From: Bacteroidales bacterium
GTDB taxonomy: Bacteria > Bacteroidota > Bacteroidia > Bacteroidales > FEN-979
Reading direction: 5' to 3'
Length of the DNA stretch: 64,000 nucleotides
NCBI GenBank assembly: GCA_023231065.1
Contig: JALNWE010000001.1
Span: forward strand, 13,005-77,004
Of this stretch, positions 1 to 10,204 are shown in pieces. The notes below the pieces were generated by a model. It did no database searches. It was not told the DNA's origin and saw nothing but the letters and a program-made list of their open reading frames with translations. Made by a program: the position numbers and the translations under genes. How positions within the stretch are numbered: the first letter of the stretch is position 1; each line of letters starts with the position of its first letter.

Positions 1-506
1 CTGCCCAGGTGATCATAGATAAAATGTCTGATTTGAAAGACGAGCAGGTTGACTACAAAATTGCGCCACCAGAAAGTCTTTCCATTATAGGCAGTAATTC
101 CATCAATACTTCCGGGGACCTTTATATTATCGACATCAATGCCATCATTAAAAAATCAAACCGACGTAACAAGCGGATGCTGGATGTAACGGTGTCATTG
201 ATTTTATTGCTCTTATATCCACTGCTCATTTTTATTGTTAAGAAGCCTGTCGGAGTATTGAAAAATATTGGTGCAGTTCTTTTTGCCATGAAATCATGGG
301 TTGGTTATACCTATCTATCTGAAAGTGAAACACAGAGATTACCCGAAATAAAATCCGGGGTATTGAACCCACAGGATGCTTTTAAACAAAAAAACTTATC
401 CGAAGAAACCATAATACGGCTTAATCTTCTTTATGCCCGCGATTACAAGCTGGCAAATGATATTAATATCATTATCAAAGGATTCAGTCAGTTAGGCCGA
501 TCGTAA
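1..506 (+). CDS. sugar transferase-like membrane protein, C-terminal part (5' end outside window)
   Basis: Frame is open to the window edge (track ORF 9-506). KRMLD plus a hydrophobic helix, and the C-terminal LPEIKSGVL / LYARDY segments, resemble polyprenyl-phosphate sugar transferases. By-eye call only. Confidence 0.45.
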   Translation, partial: AQVIIDKMSDLKDEQVDYKIAPPESLSIIGSNSINTSGDLYIIDINAIIKKSNRRNKRMLDVTVSLILLLLYPLLIFIVKKPVGVLKNIGAVLFAMKSWVGYTYLSESETQRLPEIKSGVLNPQDAFKQKNLSEETIIRLNLLYARDYKLANDINIIIKGFSQLGRS

Positions 507-585
507 AATGAAAATCGAAGCCATTCTTACTAAATGGCTAAATTGTGAAGAAACTTGAATCTTTCAATATTAATTAACCCATCTG

Positions 586-1410
586 ATGGAACTGAAACTT
601 ACCAGACCGATTGTATTCCTGGATCTCGAAACAACCGGGATCAAGGTAGCTACTGACCGTATCGTAGAAATTTGTCTCCTGCGTGAACAGGTTGACGGCA
701 CTATTAAGATTAAAGCCCAAAGGGTCAATCCTGAAATTCCGATACCTCCGGAAGTGACTGCAATTCATGGGATTACCAATGAAGATGTCAGAGATTGCCC
801 GACATTTAAGCAAATAGCACATGAACTGGATCAATTTCTGGAAAATTGTGATCTTGCTGGTTATAATTCAAACCATTTTGATATACCTCTGCTGGTAGAA
901 GAATTTCTCCGTGCCGGTATGGATTTTGATCTCAGGGGCCGCCGTTTTGTTGATGTCCAGAATATATTTCATAAAATGGAACCCCGTACCCTGTCAGCGG
1001 CTTATAAATTTTATTGCCAACACGAACTCATCAATGCCCACAGCGCTGAAGGAGATACACGGGCCACCTATGAAATCCTCAAAGCCCAATTGGACCGCTA
1101 TGAAAATGTGACTTTAAAAGACCGAAACGGGAATGAAATTCAACCTGTCGTCAATGACATCAAAACCCTTTCTGATTTTTCCACTTTAGGTAAATCTGCA
1201 GATCTGGTTGGACATATCATATATAATGATAAAAGTATAGAGATCTTCAATTTCGGGAAACATAAAGGGAAACCAGTCGTTCAGGTATTCAAGGATGAGC
1301 CTTCTTATTACGATTGGATGATGAAAAGTGAATTTCCTCTTTCCACTAAGAAAGTAATAACATCAATTAAACTTAAAGGGTTCAACAACGAATCAGTTAG
1401 GCTCGGTTAA
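586..1410 (+). CDS. DEDDh 3'-5' exonuclease (DnaQ / Pol III epsilon-like)
   Basis: 274 aa. Exo motifs FLDLETTG, NSNHFDIPLL and HSAEGDTRAT. Confidence 0.85.
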   Translation: MELKLTRPIVFLDLETTGIKVATDRIVEICLLREQVDGTIKIKAQRVNPEIPIPPEVTAIHGITNEDVRDCPTFKQIAHELDQFLENCDLAGYNSNHFDIPLLVEEFLRAGMDFDLRGRRFVDVQNIFHKMEPRTLSAAYKFYCQHELINAHSAEGDTRATYEILKAQLDRYENVTLKDRNGNEIQPVVNDIKTLSDFSTLGKSADLVGHIIYNDKSIEIFNFGKHKGKPVVQVFKDEPSYYDWMMKSEFPLSTKKVITSIKLKGFNNESVRLG

Positions 1411-1430
1411 TTTAACCCATCCTTTAAACT

Positions 1431-2042
1431 ATGAAAATCATATGCATTGGTCGAAATTATGTTGATCATATCAGGGAACTCAATCATTCTATACCCTCTG
1501 ACCCGGTTTTTTTCCTAAAACCAGATACTGCATTACTGATACGGAACCGGCCGTTTTATTATCCGGCATTTACCGGCAATATTCATTATGAAATTGAACT
1601 GGCGCTGAAGATTTGTAAGGTAGGGAAGAATATACAGTCAAAATTTGCAGGTAATTACTATAATGAGATAGGGATCGGTTTCGATATGACAGCACGCGAT
1701 TTACAGGAAAATGCAAAACAGAAGGGTCTTCCCTGGACAATGGCAAAAGGTTTCGATCAATCGGCCCCTCTGGGTAAATTTCTCCCTAAATCATCTTTTC
1801 CTGATGTCACGAACATCCCATTCCATCTCGATTTAAATGGGAAAACGGTGCAGATCGGTAATTCTTCTATGATGATTTTTTCCTTCAGTGAAATTATCGT
1901 TTATATTTCACGGTTCATGACCCTGCACACCGGTGATATTATCTTTACCGGGACTCCTGCCGGGGTCGGCTCTGTCAAACAAGGAGATAAACTGGAAGGG
2001 TTTATTGGAGATCAAAAACTATTAAATTGCCTGATCAAATAA
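1431..2042 (+). CDS. fumarylacetoacetate hydrolase (FAH) family protein
   Basis: 203 aa. MKIICIGRNY start and GDIIFTGTPAGVG near the C-terminus are typical of the FAH family. Confidence 0.85.
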   Translation: MKIICIGRNYVDHIRELNHSIPSDPVFFLKPDTALLIRNRPFYYPAFTGNIHYEIELALKICKVGKNIQSKFAGNYYNEIGIGFDMTARDLQENAKQKGLPWTMAKGFDQSAPLGKFLPKSSFPDVTNIPFHLDLNGKTVQIGNSSMMIFSFSEIIVYISRFMTLHTGDIIFTGTPAGVGSVKQGDKLEGFIGDQKLLNCLIK

Positions 2043-2065
2043 AACATCAATATTACTGGAGATTA

Positions 2066-2356
2066 TCAGGTAAGTATTATCTCGTCGATTACATTTGAGC
2101 CCACTGCTTTGTTCAATCCCTGGATGATCTTGTTGCGGGCGTACATTAATTCGTTCTTCAACGCGGCAGACTCAACTTTCACGTATAACGTCTTCCCCTG
2201 TATATTCAATCTTTTCGTATTTTTCGCAACGATTTCGCCCACAACACTTTCCCAGGAAGCCAATACTTGAGCCTGACTCATTTTATTGTTCAGGTGATAT
2301 TTTTCAAAAAATTCTTCAATAGCCACTTTGATGGGCTTTTCATTTGATTTTCTCAT
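2066..2356 (-). CDS. DUF721 family small protein
   Basis: 96 aa, immediately downstream of recF on the same strand, the usual DUF721 context. Confidence 0.65.
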   Translation of the reverse strand: MRKSNEKPIKVAIEEFFEKYHLNNKMSQAQVLASWESVVGEIVAKNTKRLNIQGKTLYVKVESAALKNELMYARNKIIQGLNKAVGSNVIDEIILT

Positions 2357-2382
2357 ATACCGGAGATACCGGACAAAGATAC

Positions 2383-3486
2383 CTATTCTTCCCGATTCAG
2401 GATTGGCAGGCAGAAAATTTTGTGATCTATATCCATGGCATCGAAAATCACACGGATGCGTTGTTCACTGGTATCAGTTATAAAAACCTGACCAAAACTA
2501 TGCTCGCTAACCAATTTAATTAGCTGGGCAACCCGCAGATCATCCAGTTTATCAAAAACATCATCCAGGAGAAGGATGGGCTTGAACCCCCTAATGGTAC
2601 AAGTATAGTCAAACTGAGCAAGTTTGATCGCAATCACAAAAGATTTTTGCTGACCCTGACTACCAAATTTCTTGACAGGATATCCATCCAATAAAAATTC
2701 CAGATCATCTTTATGAATGCCGATGGTAGTATATTGTGCGGACTGGTCGGCGTTAATTGCATCTTTGAATTTTTTCCGGTAAGGCGTATTTAATAATTGT
2801 GAAATATAGTGAATGTCAACCTTTTCACTTCCGCCTCCGATCAGGTTGAAAAAACGCTGGAAAACCGGGACGAATTGTTCAAGGAACTTTTTTCTTTTTA
2901 CCAAAACATTCTCCCCTCGTTGAATAAGTTGCTCATCCCAAATATCTACTGCCGCGGCATCAAAATATTGATTTTCGGCAAATGACCGCAGTAAGGTATT
3001 GCGCTGTACCAGCGCTTTGTTATACTGGATCAGATCGTCGAGATACAGCTTATCAAATTGTGATATGACGCTATCAATATATTTTCGCCGGAGTTCACTT
3101 CCGTCATTGATCAGGTCCCTGTCATAGGGTGAAATCATGACCAGTGGAAAATTACCGATATGGTCTGATAATCGTTCGTATTCTTTTTTATTGATCAAAA
3201 ATTTTTTACGCTGGTTTTTTCTTTGGATGCACTGGATTAATTCATGGATGCCCTCTCCCCTGATAAAACTACCATGAAGAGCAAAAAAATCATCCCCATG
3301 CCTGATATTTTGAGCATCCAAAGAAGTAAAATAACTTTTACAAAATGAAAGGTAATGGATGGCATCAAGCAAATTTGTCTTTCCGACCCCATTGTTTCCA
3401 ACAAAACAATTGATTTTATCAGAAAAAGCGAATTCTTCCTGTAGATAGTTTTTAAAACTGGTCAGGGATATCTTTTCAAGGTACAT
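2383..3486 (-). CDS. recF: DNA replication/repair protein RecF
   Basis: Walker A GNNGVGKTNLLDA, signature SQGQQKS, Walker B LLLDDVFDKLD. Start moved to the in-frame ATG at 3486 (MYLEKISL...). Confidence 0.93.
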   Translation of the reverse strand: MYLEKISLTSFKNYLQEEFAFSDKINCFVGNNGVGKTNLLDAIHYLSFCKSYFTSLDAQNIRHGDDFFALHGSFIRGEGIHELIQCIQRKNQRKKFLINKKEYERLSDHIGNFPLVMISPYDRDLINDGSELRRKYIDSVISQFDKLYLDDLIQYNKALVQRNTLLRSFAENQYFDAAAVDIWDEQLIQRGENVLVKRKKFLEQFVPVFQRFFNLIGGGSEKVDIHYISQLLNTPYRKKFKDAINADQSAQYTTIGIHKDDLEFLLDGYPVKKFGSQGQQKSFVIAIKLAQFDYTCTIRGFKPILLLDDVFDKLDDLRVAQLIKLVSEHSFGQVFITDTSEQRIRVIFDAMDIDHKIFCLPILNREE

Positions 3487-3487
3487 G

Positions 3488-4366
3488 CTACTGTTCAAAC
3501 TTTTTAATTTCCCTTTCAATTTCTTCCATCAACCATCTTGGCGTAGAAGTCGCACCGCATATTCCAACTTCCTGAACTCCGGTAAACCAATCCATTCTCA
3601 ATTCTGAAATACTTGAAATGAGTATTGTCTTCGGGTTTACTTCTTTACAAACCCGGTAAAGGATCATGCCATTTGAGCTTTTCTGACCGCTTACAAATAT
3701 CACCAGGCCGAACCTGGCGGCAAATTCACGCAAATAGCCTGAACGGTTCGAAACCTGTCGGCAAATACTGTCATTCCATTCAAAATCAATTTTCCCATCA
3801 GGAGAAAAAGCTGCCATTTTTTCCTTAATGATTCCGACAATCCGGTTGAAACCATCAATGCTTTTTGTCGTCTGACTATACAATCTGACCGGTCTTGAAA
3901 AGTCAATTTTCTTCAGGTCTTCTTCATCTCCTATCACAATTGCCTTGCCATTCGTCTGACCCACAAGACCATTGACTTCTGCATGTCCTTCTTTCCCATA
4001 AATGACGATCTGGCCATTTTTTGATTTCATTTCCTGATATCCATGTTGAATGACATGTTGAAGATTAAGCACAATCGGACAGGAGGCGTCAATCAGTTCA
4101 ATATTGTTTTCAACAGCGATCTTATAAGTTTCAGGTGGTTCACCATGGGCCCGGATCAACACCTTACAATCCCTGATGGTTTTCAGTTCCTCATTGTTGA
4201 TGATGATCAATCCCATATTTTTCAGCCTGTTCACTTCCATATTGTTGTGCACAATATCTCCCAGGCAATAAAGTACAGGGTTATGTTTCAATTCTCGTTC
4301 GGCTGCTTCAATTGCATAAACAACCCCAAAACAAAAACCCGAGTGAGGATCAATTGTAATCTTCAC
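3488..4366 (-). CDS. ispH: 4-hydroxy-3-methylbut-2-enyl diphosphate reductase
   Basis: 292 aa. N-terminal GFCFGV and full-length LytB/IspH-like sequence. Confidence 0.92.
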   Translation of the reverse strand: MKITIDPHSGFCFGVVYAIEAAERELKHNPVLYCLGDIVHNNMEVNRLKNMGLIIINNEELKTIRDCKVLIRAHGEPPETYKIAVENNIELIDASCPIVLNLQHVIQHGYQEMKSKNGQIVIYGKEGHAEVNGLVGQTNGKAIVIGDEEDLKKIDFSRPVRLYSQTTKSIDGFNRIVGIIKEKMAAFSPDGKIDFEWNDSICRQVSNRSGYLREFAARFGLVIFVSGQKSSNGMILYRVCKEVNPKTILISSISELRMDWFTGVQEVGICGATSTPRWLMEEIEREIKKFEQ

Positions 4367-4368
4367 TT

Positions 4369-5433
4369 CTATTGTTTTTTTACAAATTCCTGAAGATTGA
4401 CTGAAAGGGTAATATAATTCCGGTAGGCGCCATACTGATCAGTTGATCGAGTGTAATCCAGTTGAAACATTTTTACATGTAATCCGGCGCCCATTGAAAA
4501 TCCGGCAAGACCGGTTTTGCCGTTGATTTTTAATTCCTGACGGGTCTGATAATTATATCCTACGCGGATGGCAACAACTTTTGCGATGGTCAGTTCAGCG
4601 CCTAAAACGATATGTCTCATCAGATTATCTGCAAATTTTGCAGCGCCTGTTTTTTCCTTAACCTCACCGGTAATAGGGTCAGGCTGATTATCCGGATCGT
4701 CGGGATCAAAATAGGACAAATCCCAATGGTTCAGATCGGTGATAAGCTCGGAAAACCTCAGCGGGATATGCTTAAGTTTTTCAGATAACCCGATCTGCAA
4801 TTCAAAAGGAAGTGAAACCCGCTGATTGGCCACATAAGGTGACAGTTCCAACCCGATATTCCTGCCAATGAGAGAAGCAGTAAACGATTTGTCTTTTGAG
4901 GTATAAGTACCTGCGACATCTACCGCGATGCCAAATGATCGGTAAGTATCCAATTGAGAATAGATCAGTTTTCCATTGGCGCCAATGGAAAATAAAGGAG
5001 TGAGTTGACGTCCCCATCCAATATTTAAAGCATATTCAGAAGCATAAAAGTCACCGGTTGGATTTTCAGCCGCATCCATTCCGGTGAATTTCCCATAGTT
5101 GATATACTGCAAACTACCAACAAAACTTCCTGCTTTTTTGAAATTATAGGCATACGCCACAAATCCGTAATTGATCCCTCCTGGACTATGTACATAGCTA
5201 AATGCCAGACTATTACTCATTTCTGGTATGATCAGGGACGGATTGGCTTGGGTCAATGTGAGATCGTTGTCGTTGACGGCTAAAAAATTACCTCCCATGG
5301 AGGCAATCCTGGCAGAGTTGGTATAGCCAAGGAACTTATAAGTTCCCAGACCTCCAATCTGTGCATAAAGCCCTCCAAACAGAATGATAACAAAAAGAGT
5401 AGTAAGAAAAAACCTTTTTATTGTATAAGACAC
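4369..5433 (-). CDS. porQ: type IX secretion system protein PorQ-like outer-membrane beta-barrel
   Basis: 354 aa. Signal peptide, GLGTYKFL..ARIASMGG N-terminal motif and beta-strand-rich sequence resembling PorQ. Confidence 0.7.
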   Translation of the reverse strand: MSYTIKRFFLTTLFVIILFGGLYAQIGGLGTYKFLGYTNSARIASMGGNFLAVNDNDLTLTQANPSLIIPEMSNSLAFSYVHSPGGINYGFVAYAYNFKKAGSFVGSLQYINYGKFTGMDAAENPTGDFYASEYALNIGWGRQLTPLFSIGANGKLIYSQLDTYRSFGIAVDVAGTYTSKDKSFTASLIGRNIGLELSPYVANQRVSLPFELQIGLSEKLKHIPLRFSELITDLNHWDLSYFDPDDPDNQPDPITGEVKEKTGAAKFADNLMRHIVLGAELTIAKVVAIRVGYNYQTRQELKINGKTGLAGFSMGAGLHVKMFQLDYTRSTDQYGAYRNYITLSVNLQEFVKKQ

Positions 5434-5498
5434 GTGGCAGTTTTAATATTTCAAGTTATTCTAACGGTTTTTCTGAAAAAATATTTTATTCCATTCTA

Positions 5499-6461
5499 TT
5501 ATGTCATCAACCCCCTGCCAGTTTTGCAAATCTTTTTTTCTTCCGTTAAATCCGTAACTAATTTGTCAAGGATGCCGTTAATGAATGATTTGCTTTTATG
5601 GGAGCTAAATTCCTTGGAAATTTCGATGTATTCATTCAAGGTCACTTTGACAGGAATCTGGGAAAAATTCAGGAGTTCGACCAGGGCCATTTTAATCAGA
5701 ATAATGTCAGTGAGGGCAATGCGCTCCAGCTCCCAATTCTGAGTCCTGGGCTCGATCAAATGATCCAGTTCCTCAGTTTGCGTGACGGTTTTTCTGAATA
5801 GTTCCCGAATAAATCGCTGGTCTTCCTTGGGATCATCATCGAGGTCCTTAACAAACAGGTTGATCAATTTATCTTTCTCCGAAAAAGATTCGGTCAGAAG
5901 CTTTAATGTTTTAAGAACAAAAACCGAAGCAATATCAAAGTCGTCAGACCAAAAGATGTTTCTCTCTTCGCAATATGATTGAAAGTCAGATGATTTGGCA
6001 ATAAACTTCCTGAAAATCCTCTCCATAAATTCCTGATCTTCACGGTAGGAAATTTTCCCTGAATTCAAGTATTCAGTTAAATCCTTACTCGTTTTCAGTT
6101 TCTGGTAAACTTTACGAACCATGTTCTGTTCTTCAGTCCATGAAACCTTATACTTTTCAATTTGCGCTATAAGATCTTGGTTTTGTTTCAGTTGAATAAA
6201 AACACGGTTTTCCAGTAATTTCAGGTTGGGATTTAATTCATCAGCTGTCGGATAGAATTTGGTTTTGGACTCCTCCATCCGGTAAGCATAAAAATGAATG
6301 ACTTCGAATAAAAAAGAAAAGAGCAGATAGTAGAGTTCATAAAATTTATCGATACTCCTGAGCAGGTTTTTCTCAGCAATGTCCAGTCGTGACTCCCCTC
6401 CCTGGAAATAAGCATAAAGCGCCTGGAGAACTTTGATACGATATTGCCTTCTGCCTAACAT
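5499..6461 (-). CDS. nusB: transcription antitermination factor NusB (long Bacteroidota form)
   Basis: RRQYRIKVLQALYAY N-terminus, and C-terminal ERIALTDIILIKMALVELLNF..FINGILDK. Start set at the ATG at 6461. Confidence 0.75.
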   Translation of the reverse strand: MLGRRQYRIKVLQALYAYFQGGESRLDIAEKNLLRSIDKFYELYYLLFSFLFEVIHFYAYRMEESKTKFYPTADELNPNLKLLENRVFIQLKQNQDLIAQIEKYKVSWTEEQNMVRKVYQKLKTSKDLTEYLNSGKISYREDQEFMERIFRKFIAKSSDFQSYCEERNIFWSDDFDIASVFVLKTLKLLTESFSEKDKLINLFVKDLDDDPKEDQRFIRELFRKTVTQTEELDHLIEPRTQNWELERIALTDIILIKMALVELLNFSQIPVKVTLNEYIEISKEFSSHKSKSFINGILDKLVTDLTEEKKICKTGRGLMT

Positions 6462-6557
6462 AGCCCGTTTGTTATAAAGAACATATTTACAATTGCCGAA
6501 TATTGGACGCAAAGCTAAGGAATTAAGAAATTAAATTTGGTTTTCAAATAATATTTT

Positions 6558-6565
6558 TATTTTTG
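6558..6565 (+). promoter_or_regulatory. Bacteroidota -7 box TATTTTTG
   Basis: Matches TAnnTTTG, 47 bp upstream of the ATG at 6612. Confidence 0.35.
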
Positions 6566-6611
6566 CGTTCACTGAATGATACTGATGAATCAATAATAAA
6601 GTCATAGCACC

Positions 6612-6995
6612 ATGGAGGAAAACGAAAATAAAGAAAGAGACCGGGAAGAAATATTTTCACGCGCTGTTCGGGCTGGGAAACGGACCTATTTTTTTGATGT
6701 AAAAGCAACAATTGGTGAGGAGCACTATCTGACTATCACTGAGAGTAAAAGAAGGTTCAACAATGAACAGGGAAAATTCATTTATGAAAAGCACAAACTT
6801 TTTCTATATAAAGAGGATTTTGAAAAGTTTCATAATGGCCTGAATGACGCTTTCGAGTTTATCCGTACCGGGAAAGCGCCAGCAAGACCAGAACCGGAAA
6901 CCGAATTGACAGAACCGGACTTGAACCCCGATCTGAAAATCGCTCATACCTCTCTTGAGTTTGAAGATCTCACGTCCGAGACAGATAAAGTCTGA
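6612..6995 (+). CDS. PUR-alpha-like nucleic-acid-binding protein (DUF3276)
   Basis: 127 aa. FSRAVRAGKRTYFFDVKAT..YLTITESKR repeat signature. Confidence 0.6.
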   Translation: MEENENKERDREEIFSRAVRAGKRTYFFDVKATIGEEHYLTITESKRRFNNEQGKFIYEKHKLFLYKEDFEKFHNGLNDAFEFIRTGKAPARPEPETELTEPDLNPDLKIAHTSLEFEDLTSETDKV

Positions 6996-7085
6996 CTCAA
7001 CCTGTTTATCCCCACTTTAATTTCTTCCGGTAATTAATTGTGGATAAAAATTTTCAACAATCATCAGGCGATTGTTATTTCGATG

Positions 7086-7093
7086 TATTTTTG
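7086..7093 (+). promoter_or_regulatory. Bacteroidota -7 box TATTTTTG
   Basis: Matches TAnnTTTG, 22 bp upstream of the parA ATG at 7115. Confidence 0.4.
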
Positions 7094-7114
7094 TCAACTT
7101 GTATTACGCACCAA

Positions 7115-7918
7115 ATGGGGAAAGTAATTGCTATTGCTAACCAAAAAGGAGGGGTCGGTAAAACCACTACGGCCATTAACCTTGCTGCCGGTCTTGCCAT
7201 CCTTGAACATAAGACCTTGATCATTGATGCCGACCCTCAAGCCAATGCAACATCTGGTGTTGGTTTCGATCCCCGGAACATCAAAACCAGTATCTATGAA
7301 TGTATCATTGATGATGTCGAGCCCCGGAATATCATTCTAAATACCGCCACCCCTTTCCTCGATCTGTTGCCTGCTCATATTGATCTGGTGGGCGCTGAGA
7401 TTGAAATGATCAATCTTCCCAATCGTGAAAAAATGATGCGGAAGGTCATTGCGCCCATCAAAGACACATACGATTTCATCATCATCGATTGTTCCCCATC
7501 ACTTGGCCTTATAACGGTTAATTCCCTTACTGCCTCTGATTCCGTGATCATTCCCGTACAATGTGAATACTTCGCTCTTGAAGGGCTCGGTAAATTGCTG
7601 AATACTATAAAAATTGTTCAATCCCGGCTGAACCCCGCCCTGGACATTGAAGGGATCCTTCTTACCATGTATGATAACAGGTTAAACCTGGCTAAACAAG
7701 TGGTTGAGGAAGTAAAAACACACTTTCAGCAGATGGTATTCCGTACCATCATCAACAGAAATACAAAATTGGGCGAAGCGCCCAGCTTCGGGATGACCAT
7801 CATGATGCACGACATCAACAGTATGGGGGCCGTCAACTATCTCAACCTGGCCAGGGAAATTCTGCAAAAAAACGAATTGACCCAGTTAACTAACGCTGAA
7901 AAAGAGATCAATGTCTGA
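7115..7918 (+). CDS. parA: chromosome partitioning ATPase ParA/Soj
   Basis: Deviant Walker A KGGVGKTT directly after MGKVIAIANQ. Start moved from the track GTG at 7040 to the ATG at 7115. Confidence 0.93.
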   Translation: MGKVIAIANQKGGVGKTTTAINLAAGLAILEHKTLIIDADPQANATSGVGFDPRNIKTSIYECIIDDVEPRNIILNTATPFLDLLPAHIDLVGAEIEMINLPNREKMMRKVIAPIKDTYDFIIIDCSPSLGLITVNSLTASDSVIIPVQCEYFALEGLGKLLNTIKIVQSRLNPALDIEGILLTMYDNRLNLAKQVVEEVKTHFQQMVFRTIINRNTKLGEAPSFGMTIMMHDINSMGAVNYLNLAREILQKNELTQLTNAEKEINV

Positions 7919-8807
7919 CCTTCACGGAAAAAAGAAAGCATTAGGCAGAGGATTAAGTGCCCTGTTAGACGGTTCGGATTCGGAAGGGGCCCCCAAGGAA
8001 ATTTCATCTGAATACATTTCAGGATCTGTTTCTCGTGTCAGGACCGATCAGATTGAAGCCAATCCATTTCAACCCAGGAATTACTTTCAGGAGTCGGAAC
8101 TTGCCGAACTGGCTATGTCCATTCAGCAACACGGGATCATTCAACCTATCACGTTGCGGAAAATCGGTCATGACAAATATCAGCTGATAAGCGGTGAACG
8201 GAGATTAAAAGCCTGCAAAATTGCGGGGTTAAATGAAGTTCCTGCTTATGTACGGCTTGCCAATGATGAGCAAATGCTTGAAATGGCCCTGGTAGAAAAC
8301 ATCCAGCGGCAAGATCTCAATCCACTCGAAATTGCTATCAGCTTCCAGCGGCTGCTCGAAGAATGTAAGATCAAACAGGAAGAATTAAGTCAGAAAGTTG
8401 GTAAGGACAGGTCTACTGTTTCAAATTATATACGTCTTTTAAAGCTCCCCACTGAAGTACAGGTTGCGGTTCGCGATAACCTTATTACCATGGGCCATGC
8501 CAGGGCCATTATCAATGTTGATGACGAAAAAAACCAGTTGCTTCTTCTGCAGAAAATCCTTGAGAAAAAATTATCGGTCCGACAGGTTGAAGAGGCCGTT
8601 AGAAATTTAGTCGTGGGGAACTCATTGAAATCTGTACGGATCCAATCACCAATTCCCGAAAAATTTGAAAATGCCCGTACTGCCTTAAAAACAAAGTTAC
8701 AGTCGAAAGTCGAAATAAAAGTTAATCCAAAAGGATCAGGCACAATATCCATCCCATTCCATACGGATGAGGATTTCGATAGGATTATTGCCAAACTTAA
8801 TTCCTGA
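7911..8807 (+). CDS. parB: chromosome partitioning protein ParB/Spo0J
   Basis: 298 aa. ParB box ISGERRLKA and an HTH region. Overlaps the parA stop by 8 nt. Confidence 0.93.
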   Translation: MSDLHGKKKALGRGLSALLDGSDSEGAPKEISSEYISGSVSRVRTDQIEANPFQPRNYFQESELAELAMSIQQHGIIQPITLRKIGHDKYQLISGERRLKACKIAGLNEVPAYVRLANDEQMLEMALVENIQRQDLNPLEIAISFQRLLEECKIKQEELSQKVGKDRSTVSNYIRLLKLPTEVQVAVRDNLITMGHARAIINVDDEKNQLLLLQKILEKKLSVRQVEEAVRNLVVGNSLKSVRIQSPIPEKFENARTALKTKLQSKVEIKVNPKGSGTISIPFHTDEDFDRIIAKLNS

Positions 8808-9380
8808 ATGAAACTGCACTTTCATTTTATTTTATTATGCAGTGTATTGATCTTTAATTCTTTACCTGCCCATGCACAAACAGATTCCACCTTTCAGGAA
8901 ACTCCTGACAGCATTCTGGAAAAAAGACATTCTCCCACCAAAGCGACCATCATGTCAGCCTGCCTTCCCGGACTCGGGCAAATTTATAATCGAAAAATCT
9001 GGAAAGTTCCTATAATTTATGCGGGTTTTGGTGTCATGGCCTACTTCATTTATACCAACGCTGATGAGTATATTAATTTTAAATGTGCCTATATTGAATC
9101 TTCTTATGGCGACAGGAATGGTTCATATAGCGACTTGGTACAAAAATATTCAAAGGATGAACTTTTATCAGCCCGGGAATATTACCGGCGAAACCTTGAA
9201 ATCAGTTGTCTTATCACCGCGGTATGGTATGCGTTGAATGTCCTGGACGCAACCGTTGATGCGCATCTTTTCACTTTCAATATTTCTGATAAACTAGCCC
9301 TGAAGGTAGAACCTTCATGGCAACCTTCGGGGATCAGTCACAGACCCGTGACCGGGATGAGATTATGCTTGAAGTTTTAA
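8808..9380 (+). CDS. DUF5683-like membrane protein
   Basis: 190 aa. Signal peptide and LPGLGQIYNRK motif. The usual gene after parB in Bacteroidota. Confidence 0.6.
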   Translation: MKLHFHFILLCSVLIFNSLPAHAQTDSTFQETPDSILEKRHSPTKATIMSACLPGLGQIYNRKIWKVPIIYAGFGVMAYFIYTNADEYINFKCAYIESSYGDRNGSYSDLVQKYSKDELLSAREYYRRNLEISCLITAVWYALNVLDATVDAHLFTFNISDKLALKVEPSWQPSGISHRPVTGMRLCLKF

Positions 9381-9413
9381 TTATTTTAATTCTGTTAACT
9401 CTTATAATTTTTT

Positions 9414-10151
9414 ATGAAAATAGCTTTACTGGGATACGGAAGAATGGGTCAGGAAATTGAGAAACTGGCGCTTAAAAAGGGACACAGGATTTGCCTGATC
9501 ATCGACAGTCTGGAAGACTGGGAAAAGGATGGCCATCTCCTGCCCCAGGCAGATATTGCCATTGATTTTACTACACCTACCAGTATTGTTGATAACATAT
9601 ACCGGTGTTTCGATGCCAATATACCGATCGTAACGGGTACAACCGGTTGGCTGGATGAGCTGGAAAGAGTTCGAGAGGATTGCCTGAACCGGAAACTAAC
9701 CCTTTTCTTCTCTCCGAATTTCAGTATCGGTGTCAACCTTTTTTTCGAACTGAACCGTCGTCTGGCTGATATCATGTCGAAATGGAGCAATTATGAGATT
9801 TCCATCGAAGAAACCCATCCCGTACATAAACAGGATGCACCTAGTGGGACCGCTATTGTTCTTGCCAACGATATCATTCGGTATTCGGAGCGTAAGGATA
9901 AATGGGTCAACGAAGCTGTTGAAAACCCAGAAGAATTGGGAATCAAATCTTACCGGACTGACAATGTCCCGGGGACACACCTGGTACGCTATGAATCAGA
10001 GGATGATAGCATTGAAATAGTCCACACGGCAAAAAGCCGGCGGGGGTTTGCAGTTGGCGCAATTCTTGCTGCAGAATGGGTTTTGGGCAAAAAAGGGTTT
10101 TTTGAATTGAAAGATCTCCTGTCATCCCAGATATTCACTAAACAGAAATAA
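9414..10151 (+). CDS. dapB: 4-hydroxy-tetrahydrodipicolinate reductase
   Basis: 245 aa. N-terminal GYGRMG Rossmann motif and E..H..K.DAPSGTA catalytic segment. Confidence 0.9.
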   Translation: MKIALLGYGRMGQEIEKLALKKGHRICLIIDSLEDWEKDGHLLPQADIAIDFTTPTSIVDNIYRCFDANIPIVTGTTGWLDELERVREDCLNRKLTLFFSPNFSIGVNLFFELNRRLADIMSKWSNYEISIEETHPVHKQDAPSGTAIVLANDIIRYSERKDKWVNEAVENPEELGIKSYRTDNVPGTHLVRYESEDDSIEIVHTAKSRRGFAVGAILAAEWVLGKKGFFELKDLLSSQIFTKQK

Positions 10152-10204
10152 GAAAGTAGCCGATTGTGCGTTATTCTAAAATATACATTTCAAATATCTG
10201 ACCC

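Noticed and set aside
7006-7047. One perfect DnaA box (TGTGGATAA, 7039-7047) and one 8/9 box (TTATCCCCA, 7006-7014) upstream of parA, with recF also nearby, which could suggest oriC
   Set aside because: There are only two boxes, with no cluster of further boxes, no obvious AT-rich unwinding element and no dnaA or dnaN in the window. This is insufficient to call an origin.
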